From Planctomycetota bacterium (lineage in GTDB: Bacteria; Planctomycetota; SZUA-567; H5-PLA8), in assembly GCA_038227875.1 (NCBI GenBank), contig JBBRPR010000078.1, positions 1 to 35,853 on the forward strand: a stretch of 35,853 bases of DNA. The letters run 5' to 3'. The notes under the pieces were generated by a model. It was not told the origin of the DNA. It saw only the letters and a program-made list of their open reading frames with translations, and ran no database searches. The position numbers and the translations under genes are program-made. Positions 25,303-34,459 of this stretch are shown piece after piece (the stretch's first letter is position 1; every line of letters starts with the position of its first letter).

Positions 25303-28300
25303 GTGGATTTGCGCGGAATAGAAAGCATTTGCGGATCCTTCCGGTCCAGGCTCCGCCTCCTGCAGGTGCAGGGCGGAATTGCCCGGGCGGCGATCGTGGG
25401 GCTGGCGTTGTTGCCCGCCTTTCTTGCACTCGACTGGTGGGTTCACTTGTCCTCCACCTGGCGCTTGCTGGGTCTGATCGTGTTTGTCGCGGCACTGGGC
25501 GCGACGCTCTGGTTCACACTGCTGAAGCAACTGTCCCGTTCGTGGAGCAACAAGGAAATTCTGACGTACGTCGACGCCACCTTGCCTCAGGGGCAGGGTG
25601 TGCTGCTCGAACTGTACGAACTGGTCGAAGGCGAGGGCATTCAGGAAACCGCAACGGACACGGGACGCGGATTGGCCGACGAAGCGATTGCGGATCTCGG
25701 CGACCTGGCCAAGCAGACGCGGCTGGCGCTGGTGTTTCAGACCGCGAAGGCGCGGCGCTGGCTGATCGCCGGACTGGTGATGTGTCTGCTCTTCGGCGCG
25801 GCGTTTGTGGCGAAACAGGAATACGTCCTGATCGGCTGTCAGCGCTTCTTCAATCCGTTCTCCAGCGCGTACTGGCCGCACCGCACCAACATTGAAATCG
25901 CCGAACCCGCCAACGGCTGGAGTATTCCGCAGATGGAAAACTTCATGCTGGAAGCGACGGTCAGCGGCGTGGTGCCGCCGCAGATCACGGTGGCGTACCA
26001 GAGCGAGACGACCGGCTACTGGATCAAAGACAAAGTTGACGTCAAGAAGGGCCTGATCAACTACGAATTCAAAGAAGTGCACGAGCCGCTGAAGTTCTAT
26101 CTCTCGGGCGGCGATTTCGATACCAACATCATCCCGATCAAGATCATCGAGCGGCCGTACATCAAAGGCATCGCTGCGAAGTACGAATATCCGATTTACG
26201 CCGGCATTCCGAACAAGGAAGAGCAGACGGGCCAGCTGCGGGGCCTTGAAGGCACGCAGGTGACACTGACGCTGACGACGTCGATCCCGGTCAAGAAGGC
26301 GCTGTTCTTCCTCAATGAAGAAGCGCCGGAAGAATTGAAATTCACGACGGAGACGACGCTGGAAAAGAAGTTGATGCTCTCCAAGAGCGGCAGCTACACC
26401 ATCCAGCTCTTTGACAAGAATGGCTTCCGCGAGCCGACGAACAAGCCGGAGCGCTATGAAATCCAGGTGACGCCGGACGAACCGCCGGTGCTGGAGGTGC
26501 TCTCGCCGGCGTCGGATCTGTCGGTGACGCGCAACGTCGCCGTCAACGTCTCCTTCAAGGCGCGGGACGACTTTGGCCTGAAGAAGCTGACCGTCGAATA
26601 CCAGATCAACGAAGGCGCGTTGACGCCGCTCTCCGACCGCATCACGGGCCCGATCGTGCAAACAGGTTTGCAGAGCAAGGTGGACTTCCGCTGGGACCTG
26701 CGGCGCATGGAAAACCTGCCGGAGCAGGGCACGGTGAATGTGGTGATCACGGCTCAGGACGTGAATCCCACGGGCCGGGGCGTGGACAAGAAAACGTTCC
26801 AGATCAACCTGGTGAAGATCAGCGAATTCCATCGGAAGTCGATCGCCGACGCTCAGGAAATCATGCGAGAAGCGTTGAACGCGTACAACCGCCAGTGGGA
26901 TGCGATGCAGAAGGCGCAGCAGCTCCAGTCGGGCGGCTCAGGAAAGCTCGACGATCCGCTGTGGCGCGAGATGACCGAGTCGCAGAATGGCGCGGAGCAG
27001 TCGGCCCGGAAGATGGCGAGTCTGATGGCGGAGCTCACGGCCTCCTACGAAACGAATCATCTTGAACATGAATTCATGGCCAACCGCCTCAAGCAGATCA
27101 CCGAGCTGCTGAACAAGGTGACCGGTTCGGCCGGATCGGAACTTTCCAAGATCTCGGATGTGTTGCGCAAGGCGCGGCCGGCCGGCAGCGCGGACGAAGT
27201 GGCTGAGCGCTTGAAGGCCTCGCGCGGCAACGCGGCGGGGGCGATCAAGGACGGTCAGAAGTTAACGGTGCTGTACCTTGAGCGGATCATCAGCAAGGCG
27301 TACGACTGGCGCGATTTGCAGAGCACGACGATCGAAACCACGCTGCTGTTCGAAGACGAAAGCGAAGTCAAGAAGGACGTCGAGAAGATCGCGCCGAAGT
27401 TCGAGGGCAAGGAACGCGCGGATCTGGCGGACGCGGATTTGACCGATTTGGAAAAGATCGCCACGCGTCAGCGCGGTCTTTTCGACAGCGAATCGAAGCT
27501 GGAAGCGGCGCTGGCGGAAATGATCAATGCCGCAAAGAAGCAGCAGCGCAAAAACATTGTGCCGCTGCTGGAGTCTCCCTTCACGCTGCTGCGCACCAAC
27601 CGCACCAAGGACATGCTGGATGAAGCCGCGAAGAAGATTGCCGACAATCGGCCCTTTGCGATCAAGGACGAACTGAACAAGGCGCTGCAGATCCTGGGCG
27701 CCGTCAAGGCGGGGCTGTTGATCGCGGGCGAGAAGACCGACGACAAGGAAGAACAGATCACCATCGCCTTGCCCGTTACGACCAAACGGGATTTCGAAGC
27801 CGTTCAAGAAACTGAAAAGAAGCCGGACGCGGAAGATACAGTGGCCAGCACAGTGGAGACGACCACGACGTCCAATCCCCAGAATCTGCTCAGCGTTCTA
27901 CCGGCGGGGCAGGACAGGCTTTCGCAGGTGATCATGCAGACGGCCGAAGCTGCCCGCACGGCGGCATCGCGAACCACGTATCTCTCGCAGAAACGCCCGG
28001 ACGGTGAAATGCCGCGCTGCATGAAACTGAATTATTCGCGAGGCCGGGAATTGCAGGGCGCCGTGACTTCGTCTCTGAAGCGTGCCATCGGAGACGCGGT
28101 GGCTCCTAACATTCCTCCCTTCATGAATGAAGAGCTGACCAGCGCGCTGGAACCGGCGGCCAAGCTGGAAGAACTGAGCGCGGCAAGCGACGTGTCACCG
28201 CTGACACAGCAGATGCAGGACGACTTCATTCGCGGGATGGACGATCTGGTTCAGTATATCGCCTACCAGAAAAAGATCGTTGAAGCCACGGCAGAGAACA

Positions 28301-28992
28301 AGAAAGGAAATGGCGAAGACTCGCACCAGGTCAAGTTCCTGCTCCGCGAAAAGAATCTGGACGCAGTGGAAAGCGCGCTGCGGGACCTGCGCGGGATCAC
28401 GCTGGTCGAAAAGCGCATCTCCCGGAATGTGACGCGTTTCCTGAAGACGCCTGCTCAGGGTCCGCTGCAATCCGCGATCGAAAAAGGAACGCGCGAACAT
28501 TCGTCCGCCGACCAGAAAAAAATCGCAGGGCTGATGGACAGCGCGGTCATCACCAGGATGTCCGGGCTCAGCGCGGATGTCGCCCCGCGCGTGAGCGAAG
28601 CGGGTTTTGCCTCACTGCAGGCGTTGAAGCTGGCTCCGCTGAGCACCGAGATCGCCGGGGGCAGCGCGGATAAGGAACTGTCGGGGATTCTGAACGAATC
28701 CTGCACGGCCATGGATGCAGCGCTTCTTTCACTGCTGGATGTGCTGGAAGAACGCGTCAAGCCCGTGGTGGTGGATACTCCCAAGACAGAAGACAAAGCG
28801 ATTTCACAGGCCGAGTTTGAAAAGAGCCACAGTGCCGCTTCGTTGATCGAAAGGATCAAGGCCAGTACCTCGCTTCCGCCGGCCATCAAGGAGAAGATTT
28901 TGCTGGAGTTGAGCCGTAATCTGCCGCCGAAGTACAAGGAACTGCTGACGGCCTACTATTCATCCTGCATTCCAGCGGAAGAGAAACCATGA
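25303..28992 (+). CDS. Large DUF4175-like membrane protein (3 TM, Ig-like domains, long coiled-coil)
   Basis: GTG start; three N-terminal TM; PDEPP and ARDDFGL motifs; long helical E/K/A-rich region; C-terminal LPPKYKELLTAYY. Confidence 0.8.
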   Translation: MDLRGIESICGSFRSRLRLLQVQGGIARAAIVGLALLPAFLALDWWVHLSSTWRLLGLIVFVAALGATLWFTLLKQLSRSWSNKEILTYVDATLPQGQGVLLELYELVEGEGIQETATDTGRGLADEAIADLGDLAKQTRLALVFQTAKARRWLIAGLVMCLLFGAAFVAKQEYVLIGCQRFFNPFSSAYWPHRTNIEIAEPANGWSIPQMENFMLEATVSGVVPPQITVAYQSETTGYWIKDKVDVKKGLINYEFKEVHEPLKFYLSGGDFDTNIIPIKIIERPYIKGIAAKYEYPIYAGIPNKEEQTGQLRGLEGTQVTLTLTTSIPVKKALFFLNEEAPEELKFTTETTLEKKLMLSKSGSYTIQLFDKNGFREPTNKPERYEIQVTPDEPPVLEVLSPASDLSVTRNVAVNVSFKARDDFGLKKLTVEYQINEGALTPLSDRITGPIVQTGLQSKVDFRWDLRRMENLPEQGTVNVVITAQDVNPTGRGVDKKTFQINLVKISEFHRKSIADAQEIMREALNAYNRQWDAMQKAQQLQSGGSGKLDDPLWREMTESQNGAEQSARKMASLMAELTASYETNHLEHEFMANRLKQITELLNKVTGSAGSELSKISDVLRKARPAGSADEVAERLKASRGNAAGAIKDGQKLTVLYLERIISKAYDWRDLQSTTIETTLLFEDESEVKKDVEKIAPKFEGKERADLADADLTDLEKIATRQRGLFDSESKLEAALAEMINAAKKQQRKNIVPLLESPFTLLRTNRTKDMLDEAAKKIADNRPFAIKDELNKALQILGAVKAGLLIAGEKTDDKEEQITIALPVTTKRDFEAVQETEKKPDAEDTVASTVETTTTSNPQNLLSVLPAGQDRLSQVIMQTAEAARTAASRTTYLSQKRPDGEMPRCMKLNYSRGRELQGAVTSSLKRAIGDAVAPNIPPFMNEELTSALEPAAKLEELSAASDVSPLTQQMQDDFIRGMDDLVQYIAYQKKIVEATAENKKGNGEDSHQVKFLLREKNLDAVESALRDLRGITLVEKRISRNVTRFLKTPAQGPLQSAIEKGTREHSSADQKKIAGLMDSAVITRMSGLSADVAPRVSEAGFASLQALKLAPLSTEIAGGSADKELSGILNESCTAMDAALLSLLDVLEERVKPVVVDTPKTEDKAISQAEFEKSHSAASLIERIKASTSLPPAIKEKILLELSRNLPPKYKELLTAYYSSCIPAEEKP

Positions 28993-30224
28993 AAACACGT
29001 TTCATTGTCCATGCGTACCTGTTGGTTCTGCTGTCCGCATCCGCGGCGGGTTGCCTCAACGCCGAGGAAATCTGGCTGGCAGACAACACGCGCATGTACG
29101 GATTCATCAAGGCCGCGACTGCAACGGAGTTGACTGTTTCACTGTACAGCGGCGAAGACAAGAGCATCCCGCTCGAAGACATCATCAACATCCGCTACCT
29201 GGGCCGCACGCCGCTGCTGGTGCAAACGGGCGTGCAGGAATTCCGGCTGATTCGCGGCGGCGCGATCCGTGGACAGATTTTGAAGAGCTCCGGCGACAAG
29301 CTGCAGATTCTGACGGCCATGGCCGGCATCATTGAGCTCAACGTTGGTTACATGAAGGGCTTTGTCGCACTGCCGCTCTCGGGCTTTGTCGGCCGCAAAG
29401 CGGAAGAAACCGCGGAAAGCGAATTGGGAAAATACGGCCCGACGCGCGATATCTTCCTGGATCGCAGCGGTGATTTGTCAGCCTGCTCGCTCAGTTCGTT
29501 TTCCCGCACCACGGTCAACGTCGACTCTGAAGACACGCAGTCCATCGTCGCGCGCCCCATCATCTACATGAAGGGTATGCGTCTGGCCAACGAGGCGCGG
29601 ATTGAACCACCGGCGTGGAACGGCCAGATTCAGATGCGTGTGGTCTCGCGCGATGGCAGCGCGATCGAAGGCGCGCTGGAACGCATCGAACTGGGCAAGT
29701 GGCACCTCAAGCCGGTCTGGGATCCCACCGCGTCGCTGGAAATCGATGTGGACGAAATCACCCTGGCGCAGGTCCAGGGCGGAAAGGTTCAATACCTTTC
29801 GCAGGTGAAGCCGATCAAGAGCAGTGTGAAGGAAGTCAGCATTCTCGTCCCGTCCCAACCCTACAAAATGGACCGCGGCAGCCAGGGCGAAGACATCAGC
29901 ATTGCGGGCAAGCGCTATCCGTGGGGCATCGGCGTACACGCCAATTCGGAGCTCTCGTTCGAGCTGAACGGCCGGTTCAAAGAGTTTCTCTCCGATGCGG
30001 GCATTGCTACACGCATGGGCAGTCGCGGCTCGGTGGTCTTCACGGTGCTGGGCGACGACAAGGAACTGTTCCAAAGTCCCGTGGTGAAGGGTGCCGATGA
30101 GAAGCCGCTGTCCATCAAGATTCCAGTGGCTGGGGTGAAAGTGCTGACGCTGCGCGTAACGAATGCCGACGACCTGGACCTGAGCGATGCCGCAAATTGG
30201 GGCTCCGCACGAGTAGTGCGGTGA
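28989..30224 (+). CDS. Secreted protein with C-terminal NPCBM/NEW2 putative carbohydrate-binding domain
   Basis: Signal peptide; YPWGIGVHANSELSF.L, GSVVFTVLGD, VAGVKVLTLRV, ANWGSARV; ATGA overlap with the upstream gene. Confidence 0.85.
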   Translation: MKTRFIVHAYLLVLLSASAAGCLNAEEIWLADNTRMYGFIKAATATELTVSLYSGEDKSIPLEDIINIRYLGRTPLLVQTGVQEFRLIRGGAIRGQILKSSGDKLQILTAMAGIIELNVGYMKGFVALPLSGFVGRKAEETAESELGKYGPTRDIFLDRSGDLSACSLSSFSRTTVNVDSEDTQSIVARPIIYMKGMRLANEARIEPPAWNGQIQMRVVSRDGSAIEGALERIELGKWHLKPVWDPTASLEIDVDEITLAQVQGGKVQYLSQVKPIKSSVKEVSILVPSQPYKMDRGSQGEDISIAGKRYPWGIGVHANSELSFELNGRFKEFLSDAGIATRMGSRGSVVFTVLGDDKELFQSPVVKGADEKPLSIKIPVAGVKVLTLRVTNADDLDLSDAANWGSARVVR

Positions 30225-30235
30225 GGAAAAACAAC

Positions 30236-31252
30236 ATGGCCATACGAACGACGATTCGATTTGCGTGCGCACTGCTCAGCCTGCTGGTGCTCGGCGGCTG
30301 CATGCAAATCGAGACCACCATTAAGCTGAACGAAGACGGTGGTGGCACCATCACCGAGCGCGTGCGCTTCAGCCGCAAGCTGTTGGACCTCAGCGGTCCT
30401 CCGGGCAGCGACAGCGACGTGGCCACGTTACTGAAAAAGGAAGGCGCGGAAACCCGTGCGAAAGCCATGGGCAAGGGCTGCTCCCTGGTCAGCTACGATG
30501 TCGCCGATGCTGAAGGCGGATCCAAGCAATCGATCGCGGTCTACAAAATCGACGACCTGGCCGAACTGCGATACGTTTCGCCGTACCTGGCCTTTGCTGA
30601 TTATGCCAAGAACAACACGGTGAAGATCACTATCGATCCGATGATGAAATCAAGCTGGGAAGGCTACAGCGCGGGAGAAATTGCGCTCCGCTTTGACACG
30701 GTGAAACCGGCGACAGGCTATCCGCGAATTGAATTGAAACCGGGCGAGAAACCGCCGCCAGGCCCGAATCCCAATACACAGCAGCTGTTCCGCGACCTGG
30801 AACCGATGTTCGTGGACATGTTGAAGGACTTCAAATTGAAGATCCGCTTTGAATGCTACGACGGAATTCGCACCCAGTTTGGAATCCGCGAAGGCGGCAC
30901 CCGGCCGCATTTCGTCGACATCCTGAGCGTCACCGACAAGGACCTGGACAAGTACGGCGCCCCGTTTTTCGAAAATGAAGAAATCATGCTCGAAGTCATC
31001 CAGGGCAAGTTTCACGAAGGCAACATTGCGGACCATGTCAAAGAGTGGAGCAACAATCTGACGGTCCCGGTGTTTCATAATCTGGGCTCTGCCAAGAGGC
31101 CGTGGACCGCAGGCAATTCGATTTTCTTCCGCCCTTCGCAGGCGATCTTCAAGAAGTTCTTCGAAGGCAAGACGCTCGACTTTGTGGACAACAAAGGTTC
31201 GCATCCGAAGCCGGCCAATTTCGATGAAGTCGGCTTCAAGGCAGAGAAATAG
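30236..31252 (+). CDS. Hypothetical lipoprotein
   Basis: Start corrected to ATG 30236 (GAGG upstream); lipobox LLVLGG|C followed by MQIETTIKLNEDGGG. Confidence 0.8.
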   Translation: MAIRTTIRFACALLSLLVLGGCMQIETTIKLNEDGGGTITERVRFSRKLLDLSGPPGSDSDVATLLKKEGAETRAKAMGKGCSLVSYDVADAEGGSKQSIAVYKIDDLAELRYVSPYLAFADYAKNNTVKITIDPMMKSSWEGYSAGEIALRFDTVKPATGYPRIELKPGEKPPPGPNPNTQQLFRDLEPMFVDMLKDFKLKIRFECYDGIRTQFGIREGGTRPHFVDILSVTDKDLDKYGAPFFENEEIMLEVIQGKFHEGNIADHVKEWSNNLTVPVFHNLGSAKRPWTAGNSIFFRPSQAIFKKFFEGKTLDFVDNKGSHPKPANFDEVGFKAEK

Positions 31253-31260
31253 AGGCGGCC

Positions 31261-32310
31261 ATGAGCACTGAAAAGGAAATGGAAGTCGACGCGGAGAAAT
31301 TCCACAAGACATTCCGCGAGGTCCACGACGAGATCAACAAGGTGGTCGTCGGCCAGGCGCGAGCGGTGGAACATCTGCTGACGGCGCTCTACGCCGGCGG
31401 GCACATCCTGCTCACCGGGATGCCGGGCCTCGGCCGCACGCTGCTCGTGAAAACGCTGGCGGAGGTGATGGGTCTGGAGTACCGCCGCCTGCAGTTCACG
31501 CCCGACTTGCTGCCCACCGACATCATCGGCGCCGAAGTGCTGGAAGGAAATCAACCGGGCGGCGAACGGCGGTTTCGCTTTTTCAAAGGTCCCGTCTTCG
31601 CGAACATGGTTCTCGCCGACGAGATTAACCGCAGTCCTTCGCGCACCCAGTCGGCGCTGCTGGAACTGATGCAGGAACGGCAGATCACCGTGGGCGGCCA
31701 GACGCATTTCCTGCCCAAGCCCTTCGTGCTGGTCGCGACTCAGAACACGCTCGACAGCGAAGGCGTGTGGCCGCTGGGCGAAGCGCAGGCCGATCGCTTC
31801 ATGATGTGTATCGAGCAGTATTATCCCGATGCGGAAGCGGAAGATGCGATGCTGGCGCTGACGACGGGAGTTGGAAAGAAGGCGGTCAAACAACGTACGA
31901 CGCCGCAGATGGTGATTGCCATGCAGAAGCTGGCGCGCGAAGTTCCGGTCGTTCCGTCCGTGAAGGAATTTGCACTGCAGCTCGTCCGCGCCAGCCGGCC
32001 CGGCGATGAAAACGAAGTGAAGGACGCGACGCGGGACATCCGACTCGGCGCCTCGCCGCGCGCGGCCCAGGCCTTGATCATGGGCGCCAAGGTTTTAGCC
32101 CTCGCCCGCGGGCGCAAGCATGTGAGCAAGGAAGATGTGATTGAAATCGCCGGTCCGGTGATGGCTCATCGCATGATTCTGGACTTCAAAGCCCAGGCGC
32201 AAGGCCGCGATCAAAAGCATGTGCTGAACGTGCTGCTCAACTCGATGAAGGCCAGAGCCGTCCCTAAGGTGTCCTTCTGGACGATGCAGTTTTTGAAGAA
32301 ACCGTCGTAA
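31261..32310 (+). CDS. MoxR-family AAA+ protein with degenerate Walker A (GMPGLGRT)
   Basis: RLQFTPDLLPTDI, FFKGPVF, LADEINR, QSALLELMQE, ATQN, DRF, GASPRA. The Walker A lysine position is encoded by CGC (Arg). Confidence 0.92.
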   Translation: MSTEKEMEVDAEKFHKTFREVHDEINKVVVGQARAVEHLLTALYAGGHILLTGMPGLGRTLLVKTLAEVMGLEYRRLQFTPDLLPTDIIGAEVLEGNQPGGERRFRFFKGPVFANMVLADEINRSPSRTQSALLELMQERQITVGGQTHFLPKPFVLVATQNTLDSEGVWPLGEAQADRFMMCIEQYYPDAEAEDAMLALTTGVGKKAVKQRTTPQMVIAMQKLAREVPVVPSVKEFALQLVRASRPGDENEVKDATRDIRLGASPRAAQALIMGAKVLALARGRKHVSKEDVIEIAGPVMAHRMILDFKAQAQGRDQKHVLNVLLNSMKARAVPKVSFWTMQFLKKPS

Positions 32311-32329
32311 GCCGGCTGTGCTGGTTGTT

Positions 32330-32357
32330 GGAACTGTGACTAAAGGAAGTTTTCAAA
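32330..32357 (+). promoter_or_regulatory. Candidate ECF (sigmaE-like) internal promoter
   Basis: GGAACTG-N16-TCAAA in the 93-bp gap ahead of the second MoxR gene. Confidence 0.35.
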
Positions 32358-32403
32358 GGCTGAAATTTCGAACCGGTGGAACCCGCTCCCCAGGAGATCA
32401 GAC

Positions 32404-33561
32404 ATGATTCGAGTGACCTGTCCCAAATGCAGTACACCTTACAACGTTAAAGACGCGCTGGCGGGGAAGAGCGTCAAATGCAAGAAGTGTGACATCTCGA
32501 TGCCCGTTCCCGCCGCACCGGCGGAAGCCGTTGATGCGGCCGTGGAGCGGGCGGTGGAGGTGGAAAGCGACGAATGGACAAGCGCCGACATTGAAAAAGT
32601 AGCGCATCTGAAAGATGCCAATACGAACATCCTGGAGCAGTTGCGCAAGGCGGTCGTCGGGCAGGATATCGTGGTTCGCCTGACGATGCTGGGGCTCTTC
32701 GCGCAAGGTCACTGCCTGCTGATGGGCGTCCCAGGGCTGGGCAAGACGCTGCTGGTGCGCTCGTTGTCGTCGTGTCTCTCGCTGAAGTTCAAGCGCGTGC
32801 AGTTCACCCCGGACTTGATGCCATCGGACATCACCGGCACGGAAGTCATCCAGGAAGACAAGGCGACCGGCGAACGCCACTTCAAGTTCCTGGAAGGCCC
32901 CATCTTTACCAACATCCTGCTGGCCGACGAAATCAATCGAACGCCGCCAAAAACCCAGGCCGCGCTGCTGGAAGCCATGCAGGAAAAGCAGGTGACCGTC
33001 GGCGGCCAGCGCCGGAATCTCGATGCGCCCTTCTTCGTGCTCGCGACGCAAAATCCCGTCGAACAGGAAGGAACCTACGCGCTGCCTGAAGCGCAGTTGG
33101 ACCGCTTCATGTTCCAGATCAACGTCGGTTATCCGACGGAAGAAGAAGAATCCCGCATCCTCGATATGACCACGACCGGCTACAAGCCGAACATTGAAGC
33201 CGTGCTCAATCAGGAAGAGATTCTCGATCTGCAGAATCTCGTGCGCAAAGTCCGGATCGGACCGGACGTGACGAAGTACATTTTGCGGCTCGTCCGCGCG
33301 TCACGCAGCAGCGAGAAGGAAGCACCGGATTTCATCCGCAAGTGGGTGACGTGGGGCGGCAGTCCGCGCGCCAGCCAGAATCTGGTGCTGGGCGCAAAAT
33401 CGGCGGCAGTGATGAGCGGACGCAGCACCGCGACGATCGAAGACGTGCGCGAAGTTGCGCATGCGGTGCTGGGCCATCGCATTCTTCCCAATTTCGCCGC
33501 GGAAGCCGAAGGCGTCTCCCGCCACAAGATCGTCGAAGAGCTCTTGAAAGTGGTGGCCTAA
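32404..33561 (+). CDS. moxR: MoxR-family AAA+ ATPase with N-terminal Zn-ribbon
   Basis: CPKC-x16-CKKC; GVPGLGKT, RVQFTPDLMPSDI, LADEINRTPPKTQAALLEAMQE, ATQNPVEQEGTYALPEAQLDRF; RBS AGGAG. Confidence 0.95.
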   Translation: MIRVTCPKCSTPYNVKDALAGKSVKCKKCDISMPVPAAPAEAVDAAVERAVEVESDEWTSADIEKVAHLKDANTNILEQLRKAVVGQDIVVRLTMLGLFAQGHCLLMGVPGLGKTLLVRSLSSCLSLKFKRVQFTPDLMPSDITGTEVIQEDKATGERHFKFLEGPIFTNILLADEINRTPPKTQAALLEAMQEKQVTVGGQRRNLDAPFFVLATQNPVEQEGTYALPEAQLDRFMFQINVGYPTEEEESRILDMTTTGYKPNIEAVLNQEEILDLQNLVRKVRIGPDVTKYILRLVRASRSSEKEAPDFIRKWVTWGGSPRASQNLVLGAKSAAVMSGRSTATIEDVREVAHAVLGHRILPNFAAEAEGVSRHKIVEELLKVVA

Positions 33562-33562
33562 C

Positions 33563-34459
33563 ATGGATTACTTCGATCCCGCCATCATTGGCAGAGTCAA
33601 GAATCTGGAACTACGTAGCTTGCGGCTGGTGGAAAGTCTGCTTGTCGGCATGCACAAAAGCCGGCTTCGCGGGATCAGCACCGAATTTGCCCAGCACCGT
33701 CAATATGTTCCCGGTGACGACACGCGGCATCTGGACTGGAAGGTCTACGCAAAAACGGACCGGTTTTTCGTCAAGGAATACGAAGTCGAAACGAACATGC
33801 CGGTCTACTTCCTGATCGACACCAGCCCGTCGATGTTCTTCAAGAGCCCGCAGGCGGCGATGAGCAAATTCGAGTACGCCGCGACCATTGTCGTCACGCT
33901 GTCCTACCTGTTGATGCAACAGAAGGACATGTTTGGCGTGGCGCTGTTCGATGAAAAAATTCGCACGATGCTGCCTGCAAAGAGCTCGGGCTCGCACTTC
34001 CGCCAGATCGCCGATGTGCTGGGCAAGGCGAAGGCGGGCGGCAAGACCGACCTGGGCAACGCAATGATCAATCTGGGGCCGCAGTTGAAGCTCAGCGGCA
34101 TGGTCATCGTCGTCAGCGATCTGATCGACAATTCAGAAAAGCTGGGCATGGGGTTGGGGCAGATGAGTTTCACCGGGCAGGACGTGGTGTTGTTTCACGT
34201 CGAAGATCCAGCGGAGCGCGATTTCAATTTCAGCGGGCAGACCATTTTTCTCGGCACCGAAGGGGAGGGAAAACTGCTCTGTGATCCCCGCGACCTGCGG
34301 AATGCTTACATGAACAGCCGCCAGAAACATCTGGATAGTGTCCGCGCCACGGCCATGCGTTTTGGTTACTCCATTGAAGACATGCATACCGACGCGCGCC
34401 TGGACGCCACGTTGTCCGGAATTCTCTCTCTGCGGCAAGCCAGGAGAAAAGTTCGATGA
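33563..34459 (+). CDS. DUF58 (vWA-like) MoxR-associated protein
   Basis: GMHKS...GISTEFAQHRQYVPGDDTRHLDWKVYAKTDRFFVKEYE, IDTSPSM, VVSD. Confidence 0.93.
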   Translation: MDYFDPAIIGRVKNLELRSLRLVESLLVGMHKSRLRGISTEFAQHRQYVPGDDTRHLDWKVYAKTDRFFVKEYEVETNMPVYFLIDTSPSMFFKSPQAAMSKFEYAATIVVTLSYLLMQQKDMFGVALFDEKIRTMLPAKSSGSHFRQIADVLGKAKAGGKTDLGNAMINLGPQLKLSGMVIVVSDLIDNSEKLGMGLGQMSFTGQDVVLFHVEDPAERDFNFSGQTIFLGTEGEGKLLCDPRDLRNAYMNSRQKHLDSVRATAMRFGYSIEDMHTDARLDATLSGILSLRQARRKVR

